Made by a program: the position numbers and the translations under genes. A DNA stretch of 63,886 nucleotides, filler included, from Lenisia limosa (Eukaryota > Protista > Breviatea), in NCBI GenBank assembly GCA_001655205.1. It is 10 parts of 10 records of this genome, joined end to end, with 100 filler letters (N's around TTAATTAATTAA, not from the genome) between each part and the next. Parts side by side here need not be neighbours in the genome. Positions count along the whole stretch, not along the records: positions 62,472 to 63,886 come from LPNZ01000397.1; 9 more parts are not named here. The stretch is one strand, 5' to 3'. Below are positions 62,579 to 63,886 of the stretch, piece by piece. Every line of letters begins with the position of its first letter. The first letter of the stretch is position 1. The notes under the pieces are model-generated. The model ran no database searches. It worked only from the letters and a program-made list of their open reading frames with translations, and had not been told where the DNA came from.

Positions 62579-62656
62579 TCCCTCATGGAGAAATACGCCT
62601 CCAAAGACATGCAAGAGCAGGAGAGTGAGGCGAAGGCAATCCTCAATGTGGAGTAG
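62579..62656 (+). CDS. ISY1: Last exon of splicing factor ISY1
   Basis: SLMEKYASKDMQEQESEAKAILNVE* resembles the ISY1 C-terminus (LLQKYASETLQAQSEEARRLL). Short evidence only. Confidence 0.6.
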   Translation, partial: SLMEKYASKDMQEQESEAKAILNVE

Positions 62657-62998
62657 TGATGGTATCTACGTGTACAATATATCTAAGTCTAGGTCCAACC
62701 ACAATATAAACATGATGGTAATAAATGCATAATAGAAGTATAGCATTGGCATATCATATGTAAACATCATAAATACAATAAAACTCTGACAAAAACAACA
62801 AAACAAATAAACAACGTGACAATTGCGTGACAATGTGAAAACAATGGAAGGAAAACGCAACCAGATTAAGCAAGATATGATCTTCATTTTGAGTGGAATA
62901 GGCCCCCGGACCGGGGGGCCGCGGTCCTCGTTTTTTTTGTGTTTTTTAGCGGCCTCTTTTTGGTATTTAGTTCTTTATATTGTGTTTCTTTTGACAAA

Positions 62999-63408
62999 AT
63001 GGCGTACCGTATCCAATACCAAAACACCAGTGACATTGGAGTTTATGCTCTACTCACCAACAAGTACTGTCTTACCGGCTCAGGTTTGTTACAGACCTAA
63101 ATAAGCTGAATATTGACCGATTTGCAGACATCACCACCTTTGCTCAGAAGATCCACCCCGTCCTTGGCGAGGGTGTCCCTCTTGTGCGCTGCTCTATCGG
63201 CACAACACAGATTGTGGGCCGTCTGACCGTCGGAAACAGCCGTGGTATCATTGTGCCCGGAACAACGACAGATCAAGAGCTTCTTGCCATCAGGAACGCT
63301 CTTCCAGACGAAATTGTCGTCCAGAGAGTTGAAGAAAAGCTCTCCGCCCTTGGAAACGTCGTTTCTTGCAACGACAACTCGGCTCTTGTCCATCCTGATA
63401 TCGATCGT
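62999..63408 (+). CDS. EIF6: Eukaryotic translation initiation factor 6, first two exons (partial)
   Basis: MAYRIQYQNTSDIGVYALLTNKYCLTG, SIGTTQIVGRLTVGNSRGIIVPGTTTDQELLAIRNALPDEIVVQRVEEKLSALGNVVSCNDNSALVHPDIDR. Confidence 0.96.
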
Positions 63409-63886
63409 GTATGTTGGAGCTTGTCTTTTGCTTGGGCTTTCTTTGGTCTTTTTGAAGATGATATGAAACATAAGTCTAATATTGCTCGTCTTTATCTGGC
63501 TTGATATTTGAGTTCAATGTTTATGTAGCTTGTGTTAATGAGGCTATTTTGCTATAGTTAAGGTCTTTCCATCTCCTCCCCTCCCTCTTTTATAATACAG
63601 CATTCTAGTTGATAGGTAACAATTTGGGTCAATTTATAACATTAAAAGAGTTTTGGTTTTATAATACTTCCCTTTAATGCCATTATCTCCTTGTTTGAAA
63701 GACTGAATGTAGCTCAAGTAGGTATGATGATAAGTCACATATTGTTCGTATCTCCTCTTTACTATTTTCAAAAGACTGAGCAAATGGACAAATGGAGAGT
63801 AGTCATGATGATAAATATCGATCTTCCAACTGGCGTTAACTGGCAAAACTCTGAATCGGATTTGGTGTGGATGTATGTCTTCGAAC

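Noticed and set aside
62901-62921. GC-rich palindrome upstream of eIF6 as a regulatory hairpin
   Set aside because: It is a single short instance with no other support in the window.
1-63886. tRNA, snRNA or autonomous transposase/reverse-transcriptase genes
   Set aside because: No cloverleaf with A/B boxes, no U-snRNA signature and no DDE or RT motifs found by eye. A tRNAscan/Infernal/HMM run would be needed to exclude them fully.

Overview
Intron-rich nuclear DNA from a unicellular eukaryote that is probably flagellated (it carries inner-arm dynein genes). The window is not one contiguous locus: nine artificial 100-nt spacers (44 N + TTAATTAATTAA + 44 N) join ten contigs, and many more variable-length N gaps sit next to G/C homopolymers. 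The supplied ORF track is mostly single exons or N-spanning artefacts. Manual splicing recovers TFIIH p52 (TFB2), a ~10.8-kb TmcB/TmcC-like multipass membrane gene ending in PAS plus class III cyclase, SMC1 (3' truncated), fragments of DNAI3/WDR63 and an axonemal dynein heavy chain, a coiled-coil repeat protein, ankyrin exons, a ~12-exon bacterial-type racemase resembling broad-spectrum (BsrV-like) racemases head-to-head with a YdjC/ChbG deacetylase, RABL3, two surface-protein fragments, a FYRN/FYRC protein, the last exon of ISY1 and the 5' part of eIF6. The best leads are: (1) homologous introns shared by unrelated genes, with one intron present in one copy of a near-identical duplicated exon and absent in the other (introner-like); (2) 5' G-tracts paired with 3' C-tracts in introns; (3) the intron-containing Bsr-like racemase and its deacetylase neighbour; (4) several MITE-like and orientation-biased intronic repeats; (5) an orphan, mutated 18S 3'-end/ITS1-like relic. 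Gene coordinates are hand-spliced spans including introns and may be off by a few bases. Protein assignments rest on recalled motifs, not database searches.
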